This document shows, piece by piece, positions 18,657 to 27,336 of a stretch of DNA of 32,000 nt. The DNA lies in contig JAUWKS010000006.1 of the NCBI GenBank assembly GCA_030614005.1, positions 58,213 to 90,212 on the forward strand. The letters are read 5' to 3'. The notes under the pieces were generated by a model. It was not told the DNA's origin and did not search any database. It saw only the letters and a program-made list of their open reading frames with translations. Made by a program: the position numbers and the translations under genes. This DNA comes from Candidatus Heimdallarchaeota archaeon (GTDB lineage: Archaea > Asgardarchaeota > Heimdallarchaeia > JABLTI01). Numbering within the stretch: the stretch's first letter is position 1; every line of letters starts with the position of its first letter.

Positions 18657-20060
18657 TTGAGAGACAAAAGGAACAGCGAAAGAGATGAAACTATATCAGT
18701 TGAATCTAGAATGAAACCAACTGCTGTACCTGAAACAATTATTTTTGAAGAAAAAGAGAATCTTACACCAGAAAGTTCCGAAGAATCAGCTCTAACACTA
18801 CCAAAACTTTTACAAAAAAGCGTTGAGCTTTTCGTTAGGATAGAGACAAGAGATGATTTAGCTGGAGTAGCATTTTTTTCAAAAGAAGATGCAATTAAAC
18901 TTTCATTACAAGATAATGACTATGTAGAATTATATGATTCTGCTGTTGGAAAATCAGGAATAATAAAAGCACGTATTGATGATGATCTTTCGATAGGTTG
19001 GATATTAATTGATCAAAATATGTATACTCTCTATAATTTCACAAGCGAGTCATTAAGAGTGAAAGTTTTTCAACAAGAACCTCACACAGCGGATAAAGTA
19101 ACGCTTTCCATTAGCTCTTTGACTGGGGATGTTTTTGACCTAGTGAATGAATTCAGAGGTAATAGTAATTCGCTAAAGGAATTTCTGAAAGATTATGTTC
19201 TTAGAAAAGGTTTAGTGCTTTTGTGGAAAGAAAAAAATGCTAAAATAAAGATCACTGAAATTCTTCCTGAGATAACAGATGAAGAGGCGATAATTTTCGA
19301 TTTTAGTAAACCACGAGTTTTAGCTATTATCCCAGAAGGTGGGATAGAATTTAATGCTATTTTATTAATGGATATCTCAAAATCAATGATTGCTCGAGAT
19401 TTAGAAGTAATAAATGTCCAACCCGTTATTAAGGAAATTAAACAAGTATTTAGATCTACGAAAGTTGACGCATTTCTGAAAGACTTTAAAGAAGGTCATT
19501 ACGTTAAAAGACGATCTGGTGCTGCTTTTGCTGGATTGCTATTTTTAAAAGAAAAAGTGAAACGTGGATTAGATGAAACAATAGGAGTAATCACGTTTGC
19601 AGAAGAAGCAGAAGTATTGAAATTTGATTATAAACCATTTATCAATTCCAAAATAATGTCAAAGGGTGCTGCAGATAGATTCGCCAATATTATAATAGAA
19701 AATGTTGAAGATAAATCAGGTGTTTCAACAAATATGGCTAGCGCAATAGAAAAATGTACTAATATAATAAAACACCTCCCAATACTAAAACGACGAAATC
19801 CTCTACTGGTTATATTGCTCACAGATGGTTTTGATACAAGTAAAAGAGTGAGGGAAGCAGTTGAGAACACTCTTGTAGGGAAAAAGAATGTTGTTCTATA
19901 TTCAGTCGGAATTGGTCCCTACGTAAATAAACGTGAATTACAAGAGATAAGCGCATTGTGTGGAGGAGAAGTATTCTTACCTGAGAATTTAGAAGAATTG
20001 AGTAAATGGTACCAAAACATTGCTCGAGATTTAGCTATCCATCTCGTTGAGAATGATTAG
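18657..20060 (+). CDS. vWA-domain protein with N-terminal Cdc48/NSF-N-like region
   Basis: C-terminal vWA with intact MIDAS (LLMDISKSM; STNMASAI; ILLTDG; YSVGIG...NKRELQEIS...GGEVF). The N-terminal ~200 aa show the double-psi barrel plus Cdc48_2-like pattern. TTG start. Confidence 0.75.
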   Translation: MRDKRNSERDETISVESRMKPTAVPETIIFEEKENLTPESSEESALTLPKLLQKSVELFVRIETRDDLAGVAFFSKEDAIKLSLQDNDYVELYDSAVGKSGIIKARIDDDLSIGWILIDQNMYTLYNFTSESLRVKVFQQEPHTADKVTLSISSLTGDVFDLVNEFRGNSNSLKEFLKDYVLRKGLVLLWKEKNAKIKITEILPEITDEEAIIFDFSKPRVLAIIPEGGIEFNAILLMDISKSMIARDLEVINVQPVIKEIKQVFRSTKVDAFLKDFKEGHYVKRRSGAAFAGLLFLKEKVKRGLDETIGVITFAEEAEVLKFDYKPFINSKIMSKGAADRFANIIIENVEDKSGVSTNMASAIEKCTNIIKHLPILKRRNPLLVILLTDGFDTSKRVREAVENTLVGKKNVVLYSVGIGPYVNKRELQEISALCGGEVFLPENLEELSKWYQNIARDLAIHLVEND

Positions 20061-20163
20061 CAATACTATCTAGATATTCATTATTTTTATTTTTGAGTTC
20101 TACATTCTGTAATTTACATCTAACCTTACTGGAGATAAGGTTAGTACAAAGGATGATAGTCTA

Positions 20164-20325
20164 ATGCTTACCTTAACAACAGTAGGAGCAATTGTTACTG
20201 CTATACTGCTAAAAAAAACATTTGATAAAAAGAAGGAAAAGGAAAAACAGCAAAAGATAAACGAAACTGCTATCTCAACTGAAAATTGTGGTTGGTACAC
20301 AAAAGTTGAGATTGATGCTTCATGA
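20164..20325 (+). CDS. Possible 53-aa single-TM small protein (not in ORF track)
   Basis: MLTLTTVGAIVTAILLKKTFDKKKEKEKQQKINETAISTENCGWYTKVEIDAS*: a hydrophobic N-terminus followed by a Lys-rich stretch, filling an otherwise empty gap. Confidence 0.35.
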   Translation: MLTLTTVGAIVTAILLKKTFDKKKEKEKQQKINETAISTENCGWYTKVEIDAS

Positions 20326-20343
20326 ATTTCTTTTCAACTTTTG

Positions 20344-20667
20344 TTAATCAGTCCACACTTGAGCACCACAATTGGGGCATTCATCCAACCCATGTTTCAT
20401 TTTCTTTCCACAGAATTCACATTTAATTGGAGCTGTTTCTTTGCTTGCTTTTGCATACTTCTCATCAAATATATCCTCTGATTCTTTGTTGCGTCTTATT
20501 ATAAATCTAACAAAGAAAATGAATCCAATGGTACTTCCAACAATGATAAGTAATGTAATTCCAAAAATAACAATGAAAAATATCCAAAAGGTATTGAATA
20601 TGCCTGAAAAAGCATCAGGAACTTCAAGGGCATTAACAATAATAGAAAGTAAATTAGTAGTTATCAT
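20344..20667 (-). CDS. Membrane protein with C-terminal zinc ribbon
   Basis: Long hydrophobic segment, then IKCEFCGKKMKHGLDECPNCGAQ. Confidence 0.75.
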   Translation of the reverse strand: MITTNLLSIIVNALEVPDAFSGIFNTFWIFFIVIFGITLLIIVGSTIGFIFFVRFIIRRNKESEDIFDEKYAKASKETAPIKCEFCGKKMKHGLDECPNCGAQVWTD

Positions 20668-20824
20668 TTATATTAGTCCTTTCAATTACATTTTACGAAA
20701 CATGTGTTAAACTTTCTCTATTTTTTATTTTAGTATTTCGGTTTTATAAAGCTAACTAAAACAAAAAGCTTGAATTAAAGTCATTTACAAAAGATATTTA
20801 ATTGCTTATTTTTCTCCGATAGTA

Positions 20825-20942
20825 GGATCCGTAGCGCAGTTTGGATAGCGCATCTGCCTCCTAATGTATTAAAATAGGAGATATCTATAGAAAAACAGGA
20901 GAAAGCAGAGGGTCGTGGGTTCAAATCTCACCGGATCCGCCA
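20825..20942 (+). tRNA. tRNA-Arg(CCT) with 40-nt intron at 37/38 (20864-20903) and encoded CCA
   Basis: Acceptor GGATCCG/CGGATCC, D arm GCGC/GCGC, anticodon stem TCTGC/GCAGA with CCT at 20860-20862, T arm GTGGG-TTCAAAT-CTCAC. Strict BHB: CTCC/GGAG helix, bulges TAA and AAA, outer helix TGT/ACA. Confidence 0.96.
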
Positions 20943-20975
20943 TTATATCTTTCTTTCAATTGTATTTCGATTATC

Positions 20976-21617
20976 TTATTTCTTTTTTTTACCGATTAGT
21001 GGAATAAGCATACCAACTTCTTCTTGATACTCAATATACTCTTCACCAAACTCTTCAACTAAGATTCGCTCTTCATATATTGCTGTAAAATAATATCCAA
21101 TTATTCCTAACATTAGAGGGAATAGAAGATAATTGAACATTGCTAGTGGCAAACCTATGAAGTAATAACAATATGAAGCATACAATGGATGTCTCACAAA
21201 TCGGAACCCTCTATTCACGGTTAAGTTCTTAGGTACACCCCAAGAAATGGCTTTTGTACCACGAGATATCCTGCCAATAATTGCGATAATTGTTCCAAAG
21301 GATACTAAAATCAATCCTATTATCTGAAAGGGAATTCCCACAAAAGGAATCTCAAAGTTAAAGAATAGCATGAAATTATCCCAACCTAGAAAATGAAGTA
21401 AAGGCCATACTAGGAAGAATAACCAAAAAAACAAACTAGAAAATACTGTCACAATTTTGATAAAGTTTGATTTATCCCAAGGAGGATATTCTTTTGCTCC
21501 TTTTTTGAATTTTTCTTCCTTTGAATTATAAGTAATAATATCTAACGGAATGTGAACTAATAGATAAAGAAAAGCATTGGAACAAATGAAGATTGCCAAG
21601 AAATCATAGTCTAACAA
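20976..21617 (-). CDS. Isoprenylcysteine carboxyl methyltransferase / phospholipid methyltransferase (ICMT/PEMT) family membrane protein
   Basis: GFRFVRHPLYAS...YEERILVEEFGEEYIEYQEEVGMLIP motif; about 5 TM helices. Confidence 0.88.
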   Translation of the reverse strand: MLDYDFLAIFICSNAFLYLLVHIPLDIITYNSKEEKFKKGAKEYPPWDKSNFIKIVTVFSSLFFWLFFLVWPLLHFLGWDNFMLFFNFEIPFVGIPFQIIGLILVSFGTIIAIIGRISRGTKAISWGVPKNLTVNRGFRFVRHPLYASYCYYFIGLPLAMFNYLLFPLMLGIIGYYFTAIYEERILVEEFGEEYIEYQEEVGMLIPLIGKKKK

Positions 21618-21767
21618 ATTGGTGCACCAAATGAAAAAGCAATAATTTTCAAGTTAAATATAATTATTATTGCCATTAAATTTTACTACTCCTCAAACCA
21701 ATACTATAAAAATAGCTTCTGATACTATGTTAGTAGGAAAAATCTTCTCAACTATGAGGAAACAGAA

Positions 21768-23522
21768 TTGCATTCTGTAAAAATATTGTTAGTAGACGAT
21801 GAAGAAAATCTCTTACAGATCACTCAACTTTATTTAGAAAAAACTGATAGAAGATTTATAATATCTACTGCTAAATCAACAAAAGTCGCTTTGAATTTGT
21901 TAGTAAAGGAACCTTTTGATATTATCATATCTGATTATAAAATGCCTGAAATGGATGGGTTAGAATTTTTAGCAAAAGTCAAAGATCAAGGATATGATAT
22001 TCCTTTCATCATCTTCACTGGAAAAGGACGAGAAGAAGTTGCAATCCAAGCACTTAATCTTGGTGCAGATTATTATTTGCAAAAAGGTGGCGACCCGAAA
22101 AGTCAATTCCGAGAATTAATTAATTTGATTGAAAAATCTGTTGAAAAAAGAAAATCTGATATTTCTGTTAGAAAAAGTGAAGAGAAATTCTCGAAAGCAT
22201 TTCAATTTAGTTTAAATGGCATAGCTATTATCCGTTTCAGCGATCGAGTGTATTTAGATGTTAATGAGAATTTCATTAAAACTATGGGTTACTCAAAAGA
22301 AGAAATCATTGGCAAAAAGAGTAGTGAATTGAATATTTGGGCTAAGAAAGAAGACTATGATTTTTATTTTAAACAATTAATTGAAGTAGGAGAAATTTTT
22401 GATTTTGAAACATTGATAGTAGGAAAAAATGGAAGAATTATTCCCTTACAAATCTCTGCAACACTAATTGATATAGAAGGGGAATTATGTATACTCTCGA
22501 TTAGCAGAGATGTTCTTGAACTGACCCAAGCATTAGAAGATTCAAAAGAAAACGAAATCAAATACCGTTTATTATTTGAAGAATCTCACATCGCTATGTT
22601 TAATCTGAATATGTTCGATGTAAAGAAGCGCTTCGAAATGTTGAAGATTACTGATTCTTCCCAATTTTTTGGTGCAATTAGAAAACAGCCAAACCTTTTA
22701 ACAGAGCTAATTTCACTCATTAAGATTTTAGATGTAAATAAAACAGCTATTGAATTAGCAGGTGCAATTGATAGAAATAATCTTCACCAATACTTTACCC
22801 ATGAGTACACTATGAAGAATATTGATTTGTATTCAAAATTACTTCTGCAGTTGATTTTAGGTAATACTCATTTTGAGGACGAAATTTCAGTTATCAGTTT
22901 GAAAGATGAAATTGCTAAAATAATTCTTAGAGTGTCTTTAGCACCAGGATATGAGGAAACTTGGTCGAAAGTTTTTCTGTCAGCTATAAACGTCACCAAA
23001 AGAGCACAAGCGTTGATCAATTTAAGAAAAGAAAGAATAGCGTTCAAAACCATCGCAGAAGCTGCGGGTTCATCTGCAACTCCAAAAGTATTTTTTAGTA
23101 AAATTCTCAAAGGTTTAGCAGATGTATTAGAGTATGAATATGCGACAATTAGAATATTAAATACTAAAACGCAGCTGTTAGAACCTGTTTCAAGTTTTGG
23201 TTTAGACGAACGAAACAAGCAATATCTAAAGGCAATATCAATTGAAGACAAAAACCACAAATTGGTTTCAAACTTACTCAAAAAAGAAGTAGTTTTTATT
23301 CCCAATGCAAAAAAAAGTCCTATGAAGGACTCAGTATTTGTCAAAAAATTAAAAACAGTATCTTATGTTTTCTGCCCATTGTTAGATTCAAAGAATTCAA
23401 TCATGGGATCAATGCAATTTGGTTCTAAAGAAGCAAAGTTATTACAAGAAGACGATAAAATATTTTTTGAAACAATTGCAGATATGTTTTCTAATTTTTT
23501 GGACCACAAACTTAAAAATTAG
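21768..23522 (+). CDS. Response regulator with REC-PAS-PAS-GAF architecture and no kinase or DNA-binding output
   Basis: REC: ILLVDDE, IISDYKMPEMDG, IFTGKG, YLQKG. PAS1 at about aa 140-250, PAS2 at about aa 265-415, GAF at about aa 425-580. TTG start. Confidence 0.88.
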   Translation: MHSVKILLVDDEENLLQITQLYLEKTDRRFIISTAKSTKVALNLLVKEPFDIIISDYKMPEMDGLEFLAKVKDQGYDIPFIIFTGKGREEVAIQALNLGADYYLQKGGDPKSQFRELINLIEKSVEKRKSDISVRKSEEKFSKAFQFSLNGIAIIRFSDRVYLDVNENFIKTMGYSKEEIIGKKSSELNIWAKKEDYDFYFKQLIEVGEIFDFETLIVGKNGRIIPLQISATLIDIEGELCILSISRDVLELTQALEDSKENEIKYRLLFEESHIAMFNLNMFDVKKRFEMLKITDSSQFFGAIRKQPNLLTELISLIKILDVNKTAIELAGAIDRNNLHQYFTHEYTMKNIDLYSKLLLQLILGNTHFEDEISVISLKDEIAKIILRVSLAPGYEETWSKVFLSAINVTKRAQALINLRKERIAFKTIAEAAGSSATPKVFFSKILKGLADVLEYEYATIRILNTKTQLLEPVSSFGLDERNKQYLKAISIEDKNHKLVSNLLKKEVVFIPNAKKSPMKDSVFVKKLKTVSYVFCPLLDSKNSIMGSMQFGSKEAKLLQEDDKIFFETIADMFSNFLDHKLKN

Positions 23523-23623
23523 ATAGACTAATTACGCTTTTTTTCTGTGAAAAATGAATAAGTTATTCATTCGGAAATTTCTTAAAAGGAAGGTTGAGAA
23601 ATACTTTACTGTGGTGAAATTCT

Positions 23624-25654
23624 TTGACACAAAATCTGGAAACAATAATTATTGAAGACATCCAAAGTGGACTTGCAAAAGTATTCAAAAAATTGAATTT
23701 GACAGGAAAACCAATAATACAGGAAACATCTAAAAAATCATCTTTTGGTGATTATTGTACACCAATATTTCAAATTGCAAAAGAAAATAGGAAAAATCCA
23801 AATGATCTAGCAAAACTAATAATCGAAAATTTTCCAAAATTAAATTCTGTTGAAAAAGTTTCTGCCGAAGGCGGTTTTGTTAACTATGAACTAAATCGAG
23901 CCTTTTGTTCGCGTTTATTTTTATCACATATTCTGGCAAATGAAAAATTCTATCAAAGTGATTTATACAAAGGTCAAAGAATAATCGTTGAGCATACTTC
24001 TGCAAATCCAAATGGACCTATCCACATTGGTAATTTTAGAGGGTCTATTATTGGTGATACTTATGCTAGAATATTGAAAGCTGTAGGCGCAGAAGTCTTC
24101 ACTAATTTTTATGTGGATGATTTAGGACATCAAATCCCTGTTCTAGTAATAGGTTATGAATTATTGAAGAAATATGACACCATACCTACTGAAATAAAAA
24201 TCGATCACTTGCTAGGAAGAATTTATGCAATAACTCATACGATGTATGATATCCAAAAAATCAAGAAAAAGCTAAAGGAAAAATATAGTCTAGTATTAGG
24301 GAAGGATTGTAATTGGATAACAAAAGAAGAAGTTAAGCAATTGGAAGCTTTTCTAAAAAATAAGAACATTCCTGAAGATGAACAAAAGAAGCAATTAAAA
24401 CAAAGTAGTTTTATTCTTAACATTCAAACAGACATCTACAAAAAATTCGAAAATTTCTATAAAATATTGAAAACTTGTGTAGAGAAAGATGATATTGATC
24501 TAACTACTGCCGTTCCTGATTTGAATAGACGATATATGGATAATGAGGTTGATGCAGCAAAAAAAGTTCGAGCAACTTGTGAAGATGCCTTACGTGGACA
24601 AAGAGAGGAATTAGCAATTCTGGGCATTGAACATGATAATTATGATTGGGAAGCTGATCTTCAATGGTCCGGTAAAGTTGATACTGCCTTGAAAAATCTA
24701 AAGGAAAACGGTTTTCTAATTGAGGATGGTAAAGCAAGATTGTTTGATGCGAACAAAGCAGCAGACCTCAAAGGTGCAAGAGAATATCTCAAAATGAAAT
24801 CATCCTATGAAATCCCTAAACCAATACTTGTAACATCAACGGGTGACACATTATATCTCCTAAGGGATATTGCTTATTCTCTCAAAAAAGTAGATCATTA
24901 TTCAGCTGACAAAGTATTCAACGTTATTGGCAAAGGGCAAGAATTGTCACAACGCCAGTTAAATCTCGCTGTAAGAGCGGTAGGGAGAGAAGATGCAGCA
25001 AATAAGATGTGGCATTTAAATTATGAGTTTATAGAATTACAAGGTGCTCTTACAAGTATGAGTGCAAGAAGATTGCAATATATAACACCATTAGAACTCT
25101 ACGAAAAAACACGTGAAGCTGTTCTGGAGAATTTCCTACAAAATAGAGATTATCCTCAAAAGGAAAAAGATGAAATTGCCCACATTGTTACTGTCGGTGC
25201 AATAAAATATTCGATTATAGCAATTGGCTTGATGAGAAAACTATTATTTAACCCTCAAGAAGTAGTTTCGTTATCTAATAACACATCTCCCTTCATTCAA
25301 TATGCATATGTTCGTTCTCAAAATATTCTTGCAAAAACGGATTTCTCATGGGATAAAAAACACGAAAGCACTCTGGAGAGCTTACTTGAGGATGAAGAAT
25401 GGGCATTAGTACTATCCCTGATTAAATTACCAAATATAGTACAAAATGCTGCTGAGCAGATAAAACCAGAATTGATAAGTAGTTACCTTTTTGATTTAGC
25501 AAACCTTTTCAATAAATTCTATGATGCTCATCGTGTTCTAGATGCTGCTACAAAAGACCTCATTACTGCACGATTAGCACTTACTTACGCAACTGGGAAA
25601 CTTATTACGGAAGGTTTGAAATTACTCGGTATTGAATCACCAGCAAGGATGTAA
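23624..25654 (+). CDS. argS: Arginine--tRNA ligase
   Basis: FGDY, EHTSANPNGPIHIGNFRGSIIGD, GDTLYLLRDIAY, MSARR, GAIKY, PFIQYAYVR, FNKFY, RLAL...GLKLLGIESPARM C-terminus. Confidence 0.97.
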   Translation: MTQNLETIIIEDIQSGLAKVFKKLNLTGKPIIQETSKKSSFGDYCTPIFQIAKENRKNPNDLAKLIIENFPKLNSVEKVSAEGGFVNYELNRAFCSRLFLSHILANEKFYQSDLYKGQRIIVEHTSANPNGPIHIGNFRGSIIGDTYARILKAVGAEVFTNFYVDDLGHQIPVLVIGYELLKKYDTIPTEIKIDHLLGRIYAITHTMYDIQKIKKKLKEKYSLVLGKDCNWITKEEVKQLEAFLKNKNIPEDEQKKQLKQSSFILNIQTDIYKKFENFYKILKTCVEKDDIDLTTAVPDLNRRYMDNEVDAAKKVRATCEDALRGQREELAILGIEHDNYDWEADLQWSGKVDTALKNLKENGFLIEDGKARLFDANKAADLKGAREYLKMKSSYEIPKPILVTSTGDTLYLLRDIAYSLKKVDHYSADKVFNVIGKGQELSQRQLNLAVRAVGREDAANKMWHLNYEFIELQGALTSMSARRLQYITPLELYEKTREAVLENFLQNRDYPQKEKDEIAHIVTVGAIKYSIIAIGLMRKLLFNPQEVVSLSNNTSPFIQYAYVRSQNILAKTDFSWDKKHESTLESLLEDEEWALVLSLIKLPNIVQNAAEQIKPELISSYLFDLANLFNKFYDAHRVLDAATKDLITARLALTYATGKLITEGLKLLGIESPARM

Positions 25655-25846
25655 ACAAACCTTGACCACTTTTTTTCTTGCTAAGAATGTAATACCTTGA
25701 ACAGAATGTAGATAACACCATTCTTTTTTTATTATTTTTGAGCATTGTAATATAAGTGGAAAATTGGTTGAGGTATTACACACCATATTTTCCGATGAAA
25801 ACATGCCGAGGATTAGTATCAAATTAATTTAGATGGTGTTGCTGCA

Positions 25847-27142
25847 GTGCGTGGTCCGGGATTACCAAATAGAAACAACAAAGATCAATATGCTCTTAAT
25901 GATTTTGTCTCAAGACAAAGAGGAACAATGCAAAAAGAGATTCAGAAACCACTTGGAAAAACTAATTGTTATGTGGTAGGTGTAGGTGGCGGTGGAAATA
26001 ACACTGTAAACCGCTTAATGTCTACTGCAATACGTGATGCTTTATGCGTTTGTGTAAATACTGATCTTCAACATCTGAATTCTGTTAAATGTAATACTAC
26101 TTTGCTTATTGGTAAAAAGACCACAAGAGGATTAGGTTCTGGAGGAAAACCTGAGCTTGGAAAAGCTGCTGCAGAAGAATCCTACAGTGAAATTCAAGCA
26201 ATGTTAACAGATGCGGATATAGTCTTCGTAACTTGTGGTTTAGGCGGGGGAACAGGTACAGGAGCAGTGCCAATCATTGCTGAAATTGCAAAAAATTCTG
26301 GTGCAATAGTCATTGGTGTTGTTACAATTCCCTTCAGTATGGAAGGTGGCAGAAAAGAAAAAGCATACAAAGGATTGGAAGAGTTACAAAAACACACTGA
26401 CACTGTAGTAATAATTGAAAATGATAAATTGCTCGAGATAGTTCCTGATTTGCCAATTGAGGAAGCATTTGGTGTTGCAGATGAAGTGCTTGCAAAATAT
26501 ATCTACTCAATAATTTCAACGGTAACCCAGCCAAGCCTAATTAATGTTGATTTTGCTGACTTGAAAACCGTTATCACAAATGGAGGCGTAACTGTTTGTG
26601 GAATTGGTGAAGCAAAAGGAGATGACCGAGCGAAAATTGCTGTTCATAAAGCTCTGGAAAGTCCTTTGATAAATGTCGATTATAGTCAAGGCTCTGCTGC
26701 ACTAATTCATGTCACAGGTGGGTCAACAATGTCCTTAAAAGAAGCAAGTAGTGTAGTTGAAATAATAAGAGAAAAATTGCAACCAGATGCAGAAGTGATT
26801 TGGGGAACAAAGGTGGACCCAGAATTAAACGATTTACTCAGAATAACAATTGTAATCTCAGGCGTACAAAGTGACCAAATGATTGGTATGCGAAAGAAAA
26901 GTACAACAGCTTATGGAACTTCAATGCTCTATGATAGTGTTGGCCAAATAAAAGAACCAATTATGCCTCCTAGAGAAAAAGAAAATTGGTTGAGAAAAGA
27001 TAGACGACCAATATTCAAAGAATTAAGAAAGAAAGCTCAAGAAGCAAAAGAAGAGGTTCCAAAGAGAAAAGTACCAATAAAAGATAAAGAAAATGCAGAT
27101 GAATTTTGGGACGAGATAGGAGTATCAAAAGGTTTACAATAA
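25847..27142 (+). CDS. ftsZ: Cell division protein FtsZ (archaeal FtsZ1-like) with long C-terminal linker
   Basis: VVGVGGGGNN, NTD, TRGLGSGG, GGGTGTG tubulin signature, T7 loop INVDFAD. An alternative in-frame ATG at 25928 is preceded by GAGG. Confidence 0.96.
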   Translation: MRGPGLPNRNNKDQYALNDFVSRQRGTMQKEIQKPLGKTNCYVVGVGGGGNNTVNRLMSTAIRDALCVCVNTDLQHLNSVKCNTTLLIGKKTTRGLGSGGKPELGKAAAEESYSEIQAMLTDADIVFVTCGLGGGTGTGAVPIIAEIAKNSGAIVIGVVTIPFSMEGGRKEKAYKGLEELQKHTDTVVIIENDKLLEIVPDLPIEEAFGVADEVLAKYIYSIISTVTQPSLINVDFADLKTVITNGGVTVCGIGEAKGDDRAKIAVHKALESPLINVDYSQGSAALIHVTGGSTMSLKEASSVVEIIREKLQPDAEVIWGTKVDPELNDLLRITIVISGVQSDQMIGMRKKSTTAYGTSMLYDSVGQIKEPIMPPREKENWLRKDRRPIFKELRKKAQEAKEEVPKRKVPIKDKENADEFWDEIGVSKGLQ

Positions 27143-27225
27143 TTGACTAAATAATGGATTTCAAGTTCAAAGGTAAACCTTTTAAAAACAAATAAATGAT
27201 GATTTTTTGCTGTTAGAAGTAAATT

Positions 27226-27301
27226 AGACCCGTAGTGTAGTGGCCAATCATAGCAGTTTTTGGAATTGCTGACGGAGGTTCGAATCCTCCCGGGTCTACC
27301 A
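27226..27301 (+). tRNA. tRNA-Gln(TTG), encoded CCA
   Basis: Acceptor AGACCCG/CGGGTCT (A1-U72, typical of archaeal tRNA-Gln), anticodon stem GCAGT/ATTGC with TTG at 27260-27262, T arm GGAGG-TTCGAAT-CCTCC. Confidence 0.96.
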
Positions 27302-27336
27302 ATCTTCTTTTTAATGATTAATGGGTGCTTATTATT

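Noticed and set aside
20100-20300. 66-aa minus-strand ORF in the track
   Set aside because: It is the Phe/Ser-rich antisense shadow of a Lys/Glu-rich plus-strand frame; the 20164..20325 ORF is more plausible.
20858-20884. Alternative shorter BHB using the first GGAG in the tRNA-Arg intron
   Set aside because: The base after the 3-nt bulge cannot pair with the anticodon stem, so no valid tRNA results.
23520-23623. Frameshifted histidine kinase continuation of the REC-PAS-GAF gene
   Set aside because: Only 100 nt, including a T-tract, separate it from argS.
27196-27225. C-box-like ATGATGA (also near 18503)
   Set aside because: No properly spaced D'/D CTGA boxes; the first runs into the tRNA.
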